55,316 nucleotides of DNA, taken from positions 1-55,316 of IMG/VR virus record IMGVR_UViG_3300037485_000169. One strand, 5' to 3'. The notes beneath the pieces are model-generated. The model did not search any database, was not told where the DNA came from, and saw only the letters and a list, made by a program, of their open reading frames with translations. Position numbers and translations under genes: made by a program. This document shows positions 45,078 through 54,017 of the stretch, in pieces; position 1 is the first letter of the stretch, and every line of letters starts with the position of its first letter. The DNA is from a virus. Lineage: Duplodnaviria; Caudoviricetes.

Positions 45078-46627
45078 CGTCTTGTTTCCTCTTGGATTAG
45101 GTCGAGCAGCAGACCTTGTAGCTTTTGTTTATTCCTCAGCCGCTCATACGCTCTATGCTCAAGATCGGTCGCCTCGATATGGATCACATTCGAGGTCTTG
45201 TTCTTACCGATCCGTTCGATACGCCCGTTCGCTTGGACGTATGTCTCGTTGCTGTTGACAGGTCCGTACCAGATGATGGTCGACGCAGTCGTCAGCGTAA
45301 GCCCGTGTGCCATGGTGCCGGGGTGGGCGATCAGGACATGGGGGTCTCTACTATCTTGGAAGTCTTTGAATATGACATCGCGCTTGGATGATGAGACCTG
45401 CCCGTTCACAACGCCTACCGACCAGTGCTTGGACAGTTCCTTCTCCAGCATATGAAGTGTGCCAGTAAGGGGCACAAATACGATGACCTTCTCACCGGCT
45501 TCCTCGATAATCTCCTTGACCACCTTGACCCGTGGGCTGGCATCGATCTCGATGTTCTGGCCATCATCCCCATAGGCCACGCCACAGGCGATCTGGATCA
45601 GCTTCTGGACCTTGACCGCCTCGTTGACCGCGCTGATCGTACCGTCACTACCCACTTCGGCTATGAAGTCCTTGAGCATAGCCTTGTAATGCTTCTGCTG
45701 TTCGGCGGTCAGCGCAACCTGACGTGTCTGGATAATGGTCTCAGGTAGGTCGAAGCACTCGTCTCTGGTGAACCTGACCGCTGGTTGCAGGATGTCCTTC
45801 ACAATGTCGGTGGACTCAGGACGCGGCACATATTTCCACTGGCCGATCTTCATCATCACTGTCTCACGGAACGAGGTGAATGTGGACTTGCAGTTGGGAC
45901 TGTCTACCAGCTTGGCCAATGCCCATGCGTCGGTTGGATCATTAGGGGTAGGCGTACCGGTCATCAACCACAGACGTGCCTGTGTATTGTTCAGCATCCA
46001 CTTGCGGAAGAACTTGAACCGCTGCGTACTGGGATTGCGCAGCACCGCTGCCTCATCGACGATGATCAGGTCGAACATACCCTCCGCTTCCTCAGCGATG
46101 ATCGAGAAGCCGTCGTGATTGACGATGTAGAAGTCGACATCCATCTTGAGCAGCTTGCGCCTGCGCTCTGCCGTGCCATGCAGCACAGTGAACTTGCGGT
46201 GCGGGAAGCCCATGAATATCCCATCACCCCAGACACGTTCCAGTGTGGAGAGCGGAGACAGGATCAGGACCTTCTTGATCTGCTTGGTTTCCAGCAGGTA
46301 GTCCGCTGCCCACAGGGCAGACTGGGTCTTACCAGTGCCGATGTCATTGAGCACCAGCCCCTTGTTGTTGAGCGTAAGGAACGCAGCCGTCTCCTTCTGG
46401 TGGTCGAACGGAGTGAACCGACCCGGCCAGTCATAGTAATGGAGGATAGGTGACGGCGCTTTGATACCCATGTTGTTGAGGACACGCACTTCATCGAGCT
46501 TGTGCGGTGCGACTACGAGGTCCATACCACGCACAGAGATATGCTTGGCAGTTGGTATCGTGTCGAGGATACGGTTGGGGTTGTTCAGCTTCAGCGCAAG
46601 CGCCTTGGCTTTCTCAATTACTAACAC
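45074..46627 (-). CDS. SNF2-like (SF2) helicase
   Basis: DIGTGKT, IIVDEA, MTGTP, HGLTLT, QANGRIERIG. Confidence 0.92.
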   Translation of the reverse strand: MLVIEKAKALALKLNNPNRILDTIPTAKHISVRGMDLVVAPHKLDEVRVLNNMGIKAPSPILHYYDWPGRFTPFDHQKETAAFLTLNNKGLVLNDIGTGKTQSALWAADYLLETKQIKKVLILSPLSTLERVWGDGIFMGFPHRKFTVLHGTAERRRKLLKMDVDFYIVNHDGFSIIAEEAEGMFDLIIVDEAAVLRNPSTQRFKFFRKWMLNNTQARLWLMTGTPTPNDPTDAWALAKLVDSPNCKSTFTSFRETVMMKIGQWKYVPRPESTDIVKDILQPAVRFTRDECFDLPETIIQTRQVALTAEQQKHYKAMLKDFIAEVGSDGTISAVNEAVKVQKLIQIACGVAYGDDGQNIEIDASPRVKVVKEIIEEAGEKVIVFVPLTGTLHMLEKELSKHWSVGVVNGQVSSSKRDVIFKDFQDSRDPHVLIAHPGTMAHGLTLTTASTIIWYGPVNSNETYVQANGRIERIGKNKTSNVIHIEATDLEHRAYERLRNKQKLQGLLLDLIQEETRR

Positions 46628-46916
46628 AGATAAACGCCTCTACTTGGGTGATGGTGTCGTCGTCGTACACAAGGAACCACATACCACCTGCCTCTTTGAT
46701 CTCGTGCCCTGTCTTCCATTGCAGGGCTGTCGGCTTCTTCGTCTTGTCTGCCTTCACCTCGATGCCCACGAACCGACCACGCACGATGGCGATAATGTCG
46801 GGCAGCCCGGACTTCCCAAACCCGTTGTTACCCGGGAAGAAATACCAAACCTTATGCTTGCGCAGCATCTCAGTGAGACGGCGTTTCACTCGTCCTTCGG
46901 GGGTCATCGCGGCCAT
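46614..46916 (-). CDS. VRR-NUC nuclease
   Basis: TPEGRVK...GLPD...FVGIEVK...PTALQ. Confidence 0.88.
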   Translation of the reverse strand: MAAMTPEGRVKRRLTEMLRKHKVWYFFPGNNGFGKSGLPDIIAIVRGRFVGIEVKADKTKKPTALQWKTGHEIKEAGGMWFLVYDDDTITQVEAFICVSN

Positions 46917-46958
46917 ATGAACCTCCTACTATACCATACATGTGTGTCAAGTATGAAA

Positions 46959-47642
46959 TTAACGCCGCGCCCATTTACATGTGGATTGTGCAGGACACCA
47001 ACCGCATAGCCCACTCGGTCTGGCTGGCCAGTTGTTGAAGTGCAGTGCCTGTTCGATGCGGCTGGTAGCCGACAGGATACCGCCCCAGATACCAGTGATG
47101 TCGATGCGGGTGTAGGTCTCGTCGTCCTTCTTCATATCCTTGAGCCAGACCAGTACGGTCTTGACCCGCTGGACTTCAGGGAAATGCTTGAACACCTGCC
47201 CCGCAAAGATTTCCATCTGGAAGAAGTCTGGCTTTCGCTTGCCGGTTTTCCAGTCCATTACGACAGCATCACTACCCTTTATCACAAGCACGTCGAGCTT
47301 AGACCTCAGCCATGCGTCACTGTCCCACCAACCTGTCGGTAGGTGATTGTCGTTTAGCACTAGTTCTTTCTCGACATACAACTCACCGCCTTCAGCCAGC
47401 TTCTCAACAGACTTACACAGAGCTTCATACGCGGCGGCTTCCTGCGGTAGCTCTAGGTTTTCCTTGAGCCTGCGCTCCAACATCTCATGGATACGCTCAC
47501 CATATTTGCTGGCCTCGCCACCTTCATCCCTGATATCTTTCAGGATGCGTTGCCGGTAGTAACGCTGTGGGCAGTTCTCGAATAGCTTCAGCGCCGAGTA
47601 TGAGTGCGCTAACCGGATACCCTTGTCTTCAAAATCTGACAT
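46959..47642 (-). CDS. PD-(D/E)XK nuclease (Cas4/RecB-like exonuclease)
   Basis: SYSALKLFENCP, G..IH, KLD, DWKTGK, C-terminal CGWCP...C. Confidence 0.88.
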   Translation of the reverse strand: MSDFEDKGIRLAHSYSALKLFENCPQRYYRQRILKDIRDEGGEASKYGERIHEMLERRLKENLELPQEAAAYEALCKSVEKLAEGGELYVEKELVLNDNHLPTGWWDSDAWLRSKLDVLVIKGSDAVVMDWKTGKRKPDFFQMEIFAGQVFKHFPEVQRVKTVLVWLKDMKKDDETYTRIDITGIWGGILSATSRIEQALHFNNWPARPSGLCGWCPAQSTCKWARR

Positions 47643-47706
47643 CATGTTCCTCCCATTCGTAAATATCCCAGCCAAAGTTCTCTTGCAGGAAGCGGCGTAG
47701 GGTCAT
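47629..47706 (-). CDS. 25-aa small ORF
   Basis: GGGAG RBS; MTLRRFLQENFGWDIYEWEEHDVRF; overlaps the start of the nuclease gene. Confidence 0.5.
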   Translation of the reverse strand: MTLRRFLQENFGWDIYEWEEHDVRF

Positions 47707-47727
47707 GTCAAAAATCTCCCGTTTTCT

Positions 47728-47982
47728 TTACGTGTCGCTGGAACGTGTAAAGGTTTTGCCGGTCTCCTCAATGAGTGCGCGGACTATCTCGACCGCCCTT
47801 GCTGACGTTATTGACTTCCATTCACACCATGCCCCGCAACCGCATTCGCTTTCCTCTCGCGCAAAGCAGTCGCATAGTCTTGCATCGGCTTCTAGAGCAT
47901 CAGCGCAAGCCTTAACGCCAGCGTTATATCCTGCTTGCCATTCATTCGCCGCGTCCCGATCAGCCTGTGTGATCTCGGTCAT
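47728..47982 (-). CDS. Small Cys-rich hypothetical protein
   Basis: CDC...CGCGAWC; ATGA coupling. Confidence 0.7.
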   Translation of the reverse strand: MTEITQADRDAANEWQAGYNAGVKACADALEADARLCDCFAREESECGCGAWCEWKSITSARAVEIVRALIEETGKTFTRSSDT

Positions 47983-48479
47983 CGTTCTGTCTCCTGTAGT
48001 GCTTTGCGGATAAAATCATCAAGGCAACCTTCGCAGGTATCATACATCCACTCATCATGGATGCAGCGGTCATGCTTGCTGGAGGACAAATCCATGCGCC
48101 ACGACTTCCCAAGCGGTCGCGGATACGTTGATGCCTCTATCTGTTTCAAAGCCTCACGCAGCTTCACCTTGTCGGCTTGCAGGGCTTCGATGCGACCAGT
48201 GGCGTCGGCTTCTGCTTGTTTGAAGGCGATAACCCATCTTTCATTTGCGGCTCGCAGTTCTTCAATGGTGTTTACCTGCGCCCCGCGGTCGTTTAATGCC
48301 ATCTGTTCATTAAACTCTTGGCGTTCTTCAGCCACCTTCGCAACGCGCTCGAAACTTTCACTTAATGCAAGTTTGTGGAAATTGTCGGATGTCGGGTCAA
48401 TAGCCAGCTTACCTGCACCTATGTCGCCTTCCTCTTGCTTTGCCATGTTGATGCACCATTCCTTGCTGATTTCAGTCAT
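47979..48479 (-). CDS. Mosaic hypothetical protein with coiled coil
   Basis: Shares the NTIEELRAANERWVIAF segment with 48824-49102. Confidence 0.7.
   Translation of the reverse strand: MTEISKEWCINMAKQEEGDIGAGKLAIDPTSDNFHKLALSESFERVAKVAEERQEFNEQMALNDRGAQVNTIEELRAANERWVIAFKQAEADATGRIEALQADKVKLREALKQIEASTYPRPLGKSWRMDLSSSKHDRCIHDEWMYDTCEGCLDDFIRKALQETER
48151..48282. repeat. Dispersed direct repeat, copy 1 (about 132 bp)
   Basis: Aligns with 48933-49064; 54-nt core with a single mismatch. Confidence 0.9.
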
Positions 48480-48527
48480 CGCTCTTCTCCCTTATCTCCA
48501 GCCCACGGGCTTCCAGTGCGGTGCGGG

Positions 48528-48827
48528 TCACAGCGACCTCATGACAAGCGAAAGGTTGTCCAGTCCGTCCACGCGCGCCATTGGAACCTTGCTATCAAAA
48601 TAGTGCGTAGCGTAGTTGTTCGCGCCGACTATCTCGCCGTCGCAGTCAACCGTGACTGTGCAATATCCTGAATATCGACAGGCACCTTGCACCTTGTCAT
48701 AGTGCGAAACGATAACGTGCATATGCCCGTTACGAGCACCAAAGCCGCCCCGAATAGGGTAAACGTTTCCAACCATATCTGGGCCCGTTGCGGGAATGGG
48801 GATGTTCGTATCAATTTCGATTTTCAT
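48528..48827 (-). CDS. Hypothetical protein
   Basis: MKIEIDTNIPIP...; GGAG RBS and ATGA overlap. Confidence 0.7.
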   Translation of the reverse strand: MKIEIDTNIPIPATGPDMVGNVYPIRGGFGARNGHMHVIVSHYDKVQGACRYSGYCTVTVDCDGEIVGANNYATHYFDSKVPMARVDGLDNLSLVMRSL

Positions 48828-49102
48828 TTCGTTTCTCCCAAGGCTGCGCTGATTGCGTCATCTACAACAGATGCACAGCGGTCGTAGGTGTCTACCTGCC
48901 ACCAATCCCATGCGTCCTTAATCTCCTTCACCGCCTCACGCAGCTTCGCATTGTCGGCCAGCAGGGTTTCGATGCGACCGTTGGCGCGTTCTTCTGCTTG
49001 ATTGAAGGCGATAACCCATCTTTCATTCGCGGCTCGCAGTTCTTCAATGGTGTTTGCCTGTGCCTCGCAGTTGGGGCAATATTGGCTAAGGCTGTCAGTC
49101 AT
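48824..49102 (-). CDS. Mosaic hypothetical protein (CPNC plus coiled coil)
   Basis: MTDSLSQYCPNCE; AAGGAG RBS. Confidence 0.7.
   Translation of the reverse strand: MTDSLSQYCPNCEAQANTIEELRAANERWVIAFNQAEERANGRIETLLADNAKLREAVKEIKDAWDWWQVDTYDRCASVVDDAISAALGETK
48933..49064. repeat. Dispersed direct repeat, copy 2
   Basis: Aligns with 48151-48282. Confidence 0.9.
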
Positions 49103-49475
49103 CGCTGCGCTCCTTTTCGAATGCGTCAAGCATGTCATAAATATCAAGGATGGCCCTTTGGTATGCCTTACCCTCTCTGCCCATAAATTCCGGCGAGGGA
49201 TTGGCAGCGGCTTCGTTGCGTATCATAAGAACTCGGCTTTTGATTTCTTTTAGCATCCCGTCGATCATATCAACCGGCTCAACACCTTCCTCAACCACCT
49301 CGCGGCGCACACCATGCACAGCTTCGTAGGGGACGTAGTAGGTCGACCATGCCAGCCACGCCCAGTCGGCGTTCACTTTCTCACCGTCCTCATCGACGCT
49401 GGCCAGCATATCCTTGGCCCAGAACGGTGGGTAATCACCGTGATTACGGGGCATCCATTTTACATATTCGGTCAT
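49095..49475 (-). CDS. Hypothetical protein
   Basis: TGATG coupling to the polymerase stop. Confidence 0.7.
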   Translation of the reverse strand: MTEYVKWMPRNHGDYPPFWAKDMLASVDEDGEKVNADWAWLAWSTYYVPYEAVHGVRREVVEEGVEPVDMIDGMLKEIKSRVLMIRNEAAANPSPEFMGREGKAYQRAILDIYDMLDAFEKERSDD

Positions 49476-51358
49476 CAACAATCTCCATAGTTGTCTGCAC
49501 GTCCTGCTTCGCAGGCTACTGGTAAGTCAGGTGCCCACGCTGGTGGCATGGACATGATATTAATGATCTCGGTCTCAGCTTCGGTGGCCGTCTCGATTGG
49601 CACTACGCAGACATTCTCGTCATGCACTTGGAACGCGACGAAGTGCCCGGCCTGTCCGATCAGGGTCATCTGCCAGCGCACGATGATACCAGCCAAAGCC
49701 TGCACGATATTCTCAGTGACCTTGCCACCATAAATCTTGATCCACGGTAGGTCGTCGAGGTTGCCACCTGAGACCCTGTCCCTGATCGCCTTGCGGTAGG
49801 TCCGTGCATCATTGATATACTGGAACCCATCCTTGGTTTGGCGCAGTGCAGGGTAGGTAATGCGCAGCTTGTTCGGCAGCAGGATACCGCCGCTATCATA
49901 GGTGATAACTTCTTTGAGTGTGCCGCTGCGGTTGCCTGCCATGTCCTTGAGTATCTGGTTACAGGTCTGCCATAGCTGGACGATCTTCCAATATTTCTGG
50001 CGGTACAAGCGCACGATGCGCTCGGCTTCATGTTCCTCGATGATGATCTTACTAAGAGCCAGTGTCTTGCGGAACTTGTCAGCCCCCATGCCATAGCCGA
50101 GGCCAAGGATGCAGGTCTTACCTACGAACCGTTCGATTGCGTCAGCCTTGGTTACAGTCTTACCATACACGTCACTGGCAAACTCTGAATAGACATCGCG
50201 CCCCTCACGGAACGACTGCACCAGATCATCTTGTCCTGCCAGCCATGCCACTGTCCGCGCTTCGATCTGGCTGGAGTCACAGGCGATGATCTCATATCCC
50301 TCCGGTGCTCTGAGTGCTTGGCGGATGGTGGTGTTGCCCCGACTGGGCAGGTTCTGGAGGTTCACCTTGTCGCCACCTGAGAACCTACCTGTGTGTGCCC
50401 CATAATAGTTGAGCATGATAGGCAGTGGGCCACGGCCAGCGATGCCAATGAACGCTTCTGTCCGTGTCTCCTCGATGGTGGACTTGGTCCCTAGCCGTGC
50501 CTCAACCGCTGCCCGGACACGGTCGTCAGGGTGCTCAAGCAGGGCGAGAAATCCTTGGTCAGTCTTACTGAAAGCGAACGCTTCCTTACCAGTACGGGGA
50601 CTGGTCTTCGTCGGTGCAACGACACCCAACATATCCAGCAGCTTGGCAAACTGGGGGTTGCTCATAAGCAGGGTCTTCAGAGCGTTCGGGTCGAACCGCT
50701 CACCCATACCGACAACATCAGCCAGTTCCCTGAGCACCTCCTCCTTGCGCTGACGTACCTCACCGAGATGTTTCTCCAACAGGGGTACATCCAGTTCGAT
50801 CTTGGGTTCGATGTACATCCGTAGGGTCTGGTCAATCACCAACAACTCAGAGGGTGGCAGTTCTTTCTTGAGGTTGAGCCACAGTTGATAGGTAATCTCT
50901 ACGTCATTGACGCAGTAGGCAGCGTACCGCTCCAGTTCCTCCTTAGAGAAGTCAGCATAGCGTTTACCCAGTGCGTTGATAACCTCGTCGCCCTTCTCAC
51001 CCAGCTTATAGTACTGGGCCAGTGCCTTGAGGCTGCCGCCGACAGTGACGTTATGCAAAGGCCGTGCCATCGACATGGTATCCAGCCACAGCTTGGGTCT
51101 CACACCGTAGTGCCATGACAGGATAGCCCCATCGAAGGCAGTGTTGTGACAGAGGATCGCCGCCTTGCTGAAGTCGACAGCTTTGAGGAACGGCCCGATC
51201 AGGTTCTTGGGTATCCACTTGACCGGGCCGCTGTTCTTTTTGATCCCCATCATGATCGCTTCGAACTGGGGATCGCGGACGTACCGCTCGGTGGTTATCT
51301 TCGAGAGACTATACTCTCGTGAATAGTAAGTTTCAAAATCAATTGTATAGATATCCAC
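49475..51358 (-). CDS. Family A DNA polymerase with 3'-5' exonuclease
   Basis: IDFETY and HNTAFD exonuclease motifs; HTGRFSG, NLQNLP, DSSQIEAR (motif A), KTCILGLGYG (motif B), QVHDE (motif C). Confidence 0.95.
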   Translation of the reverse strand: MDIYTIDFETYYSREYSLSKITTERYVRDPQFEAIMMGIKKNSGPVKWIPKNLIGPFLKAVDFSKAAILCHNTAFDGAILSWHYGVRPKLWLDTMSMARPLHNVTVGGSLKALAQYYKLGEKGDEVINALGKRYADFSKEELERYAAYCVNDVEITYQLWLNLKKELPPSELLVIDQTLRMYIEPKIELDVPLLEKHLGEVRQRKEEVLRELADVVGMGERFDPNALKTLLMSNPQFAKLLDMLGVVAPTKTSPRTGKEAFAFSKTDQGFLALLEHPDDRVRAAVEARLGTKSTIEETRTEAFIGIAGRGPLPIMLNYYGAHTGRFSGGDKVNLQNLPSRGNTTIRQALRAPEGYEIIACDSSQIEARTVAWLAGQDDLVQSFREGRDVYSEFASDVYGKTVTKADAIERFVGKTCILGLGYGMGADKFRKTLALSKIIIEEHEAERIVRLYRQKYWKIVQLWQTCNQILKDMAGNRSGTLKEVITYDSGGILLPNKLRITYPALRQTKDGFQYINDARTYRKAIRDRVSGGNLDDLPWIKIYGGKVTENIVQALAGIIVRWQMTLIGQAGHFVAFQVHDENVCVVPIETATEAETEIINIMSMPPAWAPDLPVACEAGRADNYGDC

Positions 51359-51397
51359 CGGGGTACTCCTATGGTTTACGTCTGCGAGACTAGCTTA

Positions 51398-51604
51398 TTA
51401 TACAGCTCTGTCAAGCAGCCCATGATTTTCAGCGACGATCCGCAGGTGGTGGGGCGCACTGCCCCACAGACCGAAAGCCTTGTCATACTCACGGCATAGC
51501 ATCCTGAGTTCCTGCTCGTTGGTCCGTACCAATGCACGTATCCGGTCCTGTTCTGCGAGGGCTATGGTTGCACGATCCATGATCTCTCTCTGCTCACTGG
51601 TCAC
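51398..51604 (-). CDS. Small hypothetical protein
   Basis: GTGA coupling; 68 aa. Confidence 0.65.
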   Translation of the reverse strand: MTSEQREIMDRATIALAEQDRIRALVRTNEQELRMLCREYDKAFGLWGSAPHHLRIVAENHGLLDRAV

Positions 51605-52041
51605 TTCGCGTCTCCTCTCAGCCGGTCAGCCACCAGCTTGGCATAGCCAGCGATGTCATCCCATGAGTCGATGTAATTGGGATCGCCGTTCAAGATGCGC
51701 CCGATCTTGTGGAAGATCATATCGAGGGCTTCGACCTGATCGGAGTCAAATGCCTTACCTTTACTGACAGCAAACTCATACGCTGCCTTCTTCAACCCCT
51801 GCGTCACATGGGCATGGTCCTTGAATATACCGTAGCGAGAGCCACGCTCTTCGAGGATGCGGTCTATCGTGTTTACATCCTGCACTTCGACAGGCTCAAC
51901 ATCCTCAGACTTATCCTTGAGCCATTTATTCTCGACCTGAGTGACGTAGACCGGATGACACCCTACGCGATCTGCGATCTGCCACTTGTTGAGGTGGGGG
52001 AAGTCGCACATTGTGCGGATGATCATTTCTTTCTTAGTCAT
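51601..52041 (-). CDS. HTH plus DUF6378-like domain protein
   Basis: WQIADRVGCHPVYV; LEERGSRYG...KIGRILNGDPNYIDSWDDIAGYA. Confidence 0.75.
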   Translation of the reverse strand: MTKKEMIIRTMCDFPHLNKWQIADRVGCHPVYVTQVENKWLKDKSEDVEPVEVQDVNTIDRILEERGSRYGIFKDHAHVTQGLKKAAYEFAVSKGKAFDSDQVEALDMIFHKIGRILNGDPNYIDSWDDIAGYAKLVADRLRGDAK

Positions 52042-52676
52042 TATAGTCCTCCTAACTTGCTTGCTGCCAGTACTGCGGTCAGCTTGGTTGTATCGATCTC
52101 GGGTGCTGCCCGATCTGATTTGGTACGCTCGACGATCTGCTTGTGTCTCTCCTTGGCATACTCAGGGACCAGTTCCCACAGCGGGGGCCATGCCTTCAGG
52201 GCCGGAGCCAGTGTCGAGTAGGACGCAAGCACTTTGGATACGCCTTCGACAAACGTCTGTGACTGACCACGCATGGCTGCGCACCGCTGCTTCCACTCGT
52301 CTACCTCGGCCTTTAACTCTGCCCACACAGGGTCATCGTTGAGCCAGACGTTATCGCCATACATACCCCTCTCGGCAGGTGCATCGCTGGGTAGGTTCAT
52401 AGGCCACCGCTTGGCCGAGGATAAATTGAAGTTTAAACTTACTGGCGATCCGGATATCCGGTTCACTGTGAGTTTGTCCTTCGTATAGAACATCTCGCTG
52501 GGCAGTTGCTCCATGATGGGGATATGCTTACCCAAAATCTTCTCATAGATATACTCACCCCACTGTTCGCCAGTGGGAGCACTCGCCTCTGCCGCTTTAA
52601 TCCGGTCAAAGAACTTACTCTTGGCGACGTCAAGGATATCCTCGGCGAGTTGTTTAGTTATGCGTACTACGGCCAT
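52041..52676 (-). CDS. Nmad5-like protein (nucleotide modification-associated domain 5)
   Basis: N-terminal VRIT and C-terminal STLAPALKAWP.LWELVP resemble this family. Confidence 0.5.
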   Translation of the reverse strand: MAVVRITKQLAEDILDVAKSKFFDRIKAAEASAPTGEQWGEYIYEKILGKHIPIMEQLPSEMFYTKDKLTVNRISGSPVSLNFNLSSAKRWPMNLPSDAPAERGMYGDNVWLNDDPVWAELKAEVDEWKQRCAAMRGQSQTFVEGVSKVLASYSTLAPALKAWPPLWELVPEYAKERHKQIVERTKSDRAAPEIDTTKLTAVLAASKLGGL

Positions 52677-52890
52677 CTTCATTCTCCATATCATCATACA
52701 AATTGGACAAGCTCTCATATGTCTGAGCTAGGAACTCATGCTTGGGGACACCGCTCTGTTCGGCACAGTCAGCCATAAGATACAGCAACGCGGTCACCAC
52801 CGTGCCCATCTCATAGCCAGAACAGATCGTACCAAGCTCGATAACGAGGGCACTAAGGCCCTCGGGTTCGTCAAAATCTTCGATCACCAT
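52654..52890 (-). CDS. Small acidic hypothetical protein
   Basis: 78-aa ORF overlapping both neighbours. Confidence 0.65.
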   Translation of the reverse strand: MVIEDFDEPEGLSALVIELGTICSGYEMGTVVTALLYLMADCAEQSGVPKHEFLAQTYESLSNLYDDMENEDGRSTHN

Positions 52891-54017
52891 TTTATTACTT
52901 CTCCAAAGGGGGCTTTCTCAGCACCATCGCTGACCCAAAGCACAGGGTAGTCAGGCTCCGGACCAAAGTCAGAGCAATACAGATCGGTCAGAAACACACA
53001 GGCAACAGGCTCGATGCCATGCTCCTCAGCGTAGCGAAACACAGGGCTGAACGCAGTGCCACCGCCACCATGCGGCTTGATATCCAGCATGTCACCGGGT
53101 TCATACACCTCTGCATGGGACACCTCGCTGTCGAAGTACACGACATGCAGTTTGCGGGGACGGAAGTGCTCGAAGACCTTGGTAATCTCAGCCGCTGCCT
53201 GATTGATCTGTTGTGCTGTGATCGAACCGGAACAGTCGACAGCCCATAGCATCTCACCCATGGTCTCACCGGTCACGCTGGGCAGATAGATACCCTGCGA
53301 TATGAACCGCCGGTTGGGCCGTGCGAAGGTCCGGCTATCGTTCTTGCACTTCTGGAGGAACCGCCACATGACATCGACCCAGTTGACCTTGGGCTGAAGC
53401 ACCTCGTCGACAAGTCTCTGCATGTTGGCCGATAGTTTGCCCATCATCTTGGCAGCCTGTGCTGCCTGAGCAACCTGCACTTTCATCTCGGCAGCGGCCT
53501 GTGCTTGCTCGGCAGGACTACCACCGCCATCGAGGCAGTCATCATAGGCATCGCCGCCATTGTCATTGTCCTCATCAGGCAGCAGGTTGAAGATGCCATC
53601 GCTTGTGCCATTACCTGCATTATACAGGCTGGGATCGAGGCAACCGCCGGGTATAAACTTGCCGATACCCTCCTGTGTCAGGTGGTGGTTGATCACATAG
53701 TCACACGCCTTGTTCCACTTGGCAGGGTCACGCTCGGCACGGCGATAGTTATGCTCCAGCATGGGGTGGAAACACTCATGCGCCACAAGAAACTTAAGCT
53801 GCTCGTCACACAGCGTGTCGATAAAGTGTGGGTTGAACTTGACGTACTTACCGTTGGTTGCCGCAGTGGGGACAGACTCGTCCAGCGTGAACGGCATGTT
53901 GAGAGCGATGGTCCCGACGAAGGGATGCTCTAAGATGAGGGATGTCTTGGCCTTGGCCAGACGGCGGGTGAGGGCGTTGAGATCGCCCGTAAACTCACGC
54001 TTGATTGCTACCTGCAT
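52884..54017 (-). CDS. Metallopeptidase-like plus vWA domain protein (DUF2201-like)
   Basis: PTAATNG, AHECFH (HExxH), VDCSGS (MIDAS), GGGGTAF, FLTD. Confidence 0.88.
   Translation of the reverse strand: MQVAIKREFTGDLNALTRRLAKAKTSLILEHPFVGTIALNMPFTLDESVPTAATNGKYVKFNPHFIDTLCDEQLKFLVAHECFHPMLEHNYRRAERDPAKWNKACDYVINHHLTQEGIGKFIPGGCLDPSLYNAGNGTSDGIFNLLPDEDNDNGGDAYDDCLDGGGSPAEQAQAAAEMKVQVAQAAQAAKMMGKLSANMQRLVDEVLQPKVNWVDVMWRFLQKCKNDSRTFARPNRRFISQGIYLPSVTGETMGEMLWAVDCSGSITAQQINQAAAEITKVFEHFRPRKLHVVYFDSEVSHAEVYEPGDMLDIKPHGGGGTAFSPVFRYAEEHGIEPVACVFLTDLYCSDFGPEPDYPVLWVSDGAEKAPFGEVIKW

Noticed and set aside
46925-46950. TTGACA...TATAGT upstream of the VRR-NUC gene as a sigma70 promoter
   Set aside because: Hexamers are only 11 nt apart, and a start from this -10 would cut into the RBS; not called, although a regulatory role is possible
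48151-49064. 132-bp repeat pair as a diversity-generating retroelement TR/VR
   Set aside because: No reverse transcriptase in the genome, mismatches are not adenine-specific, and both copies are mid-gene
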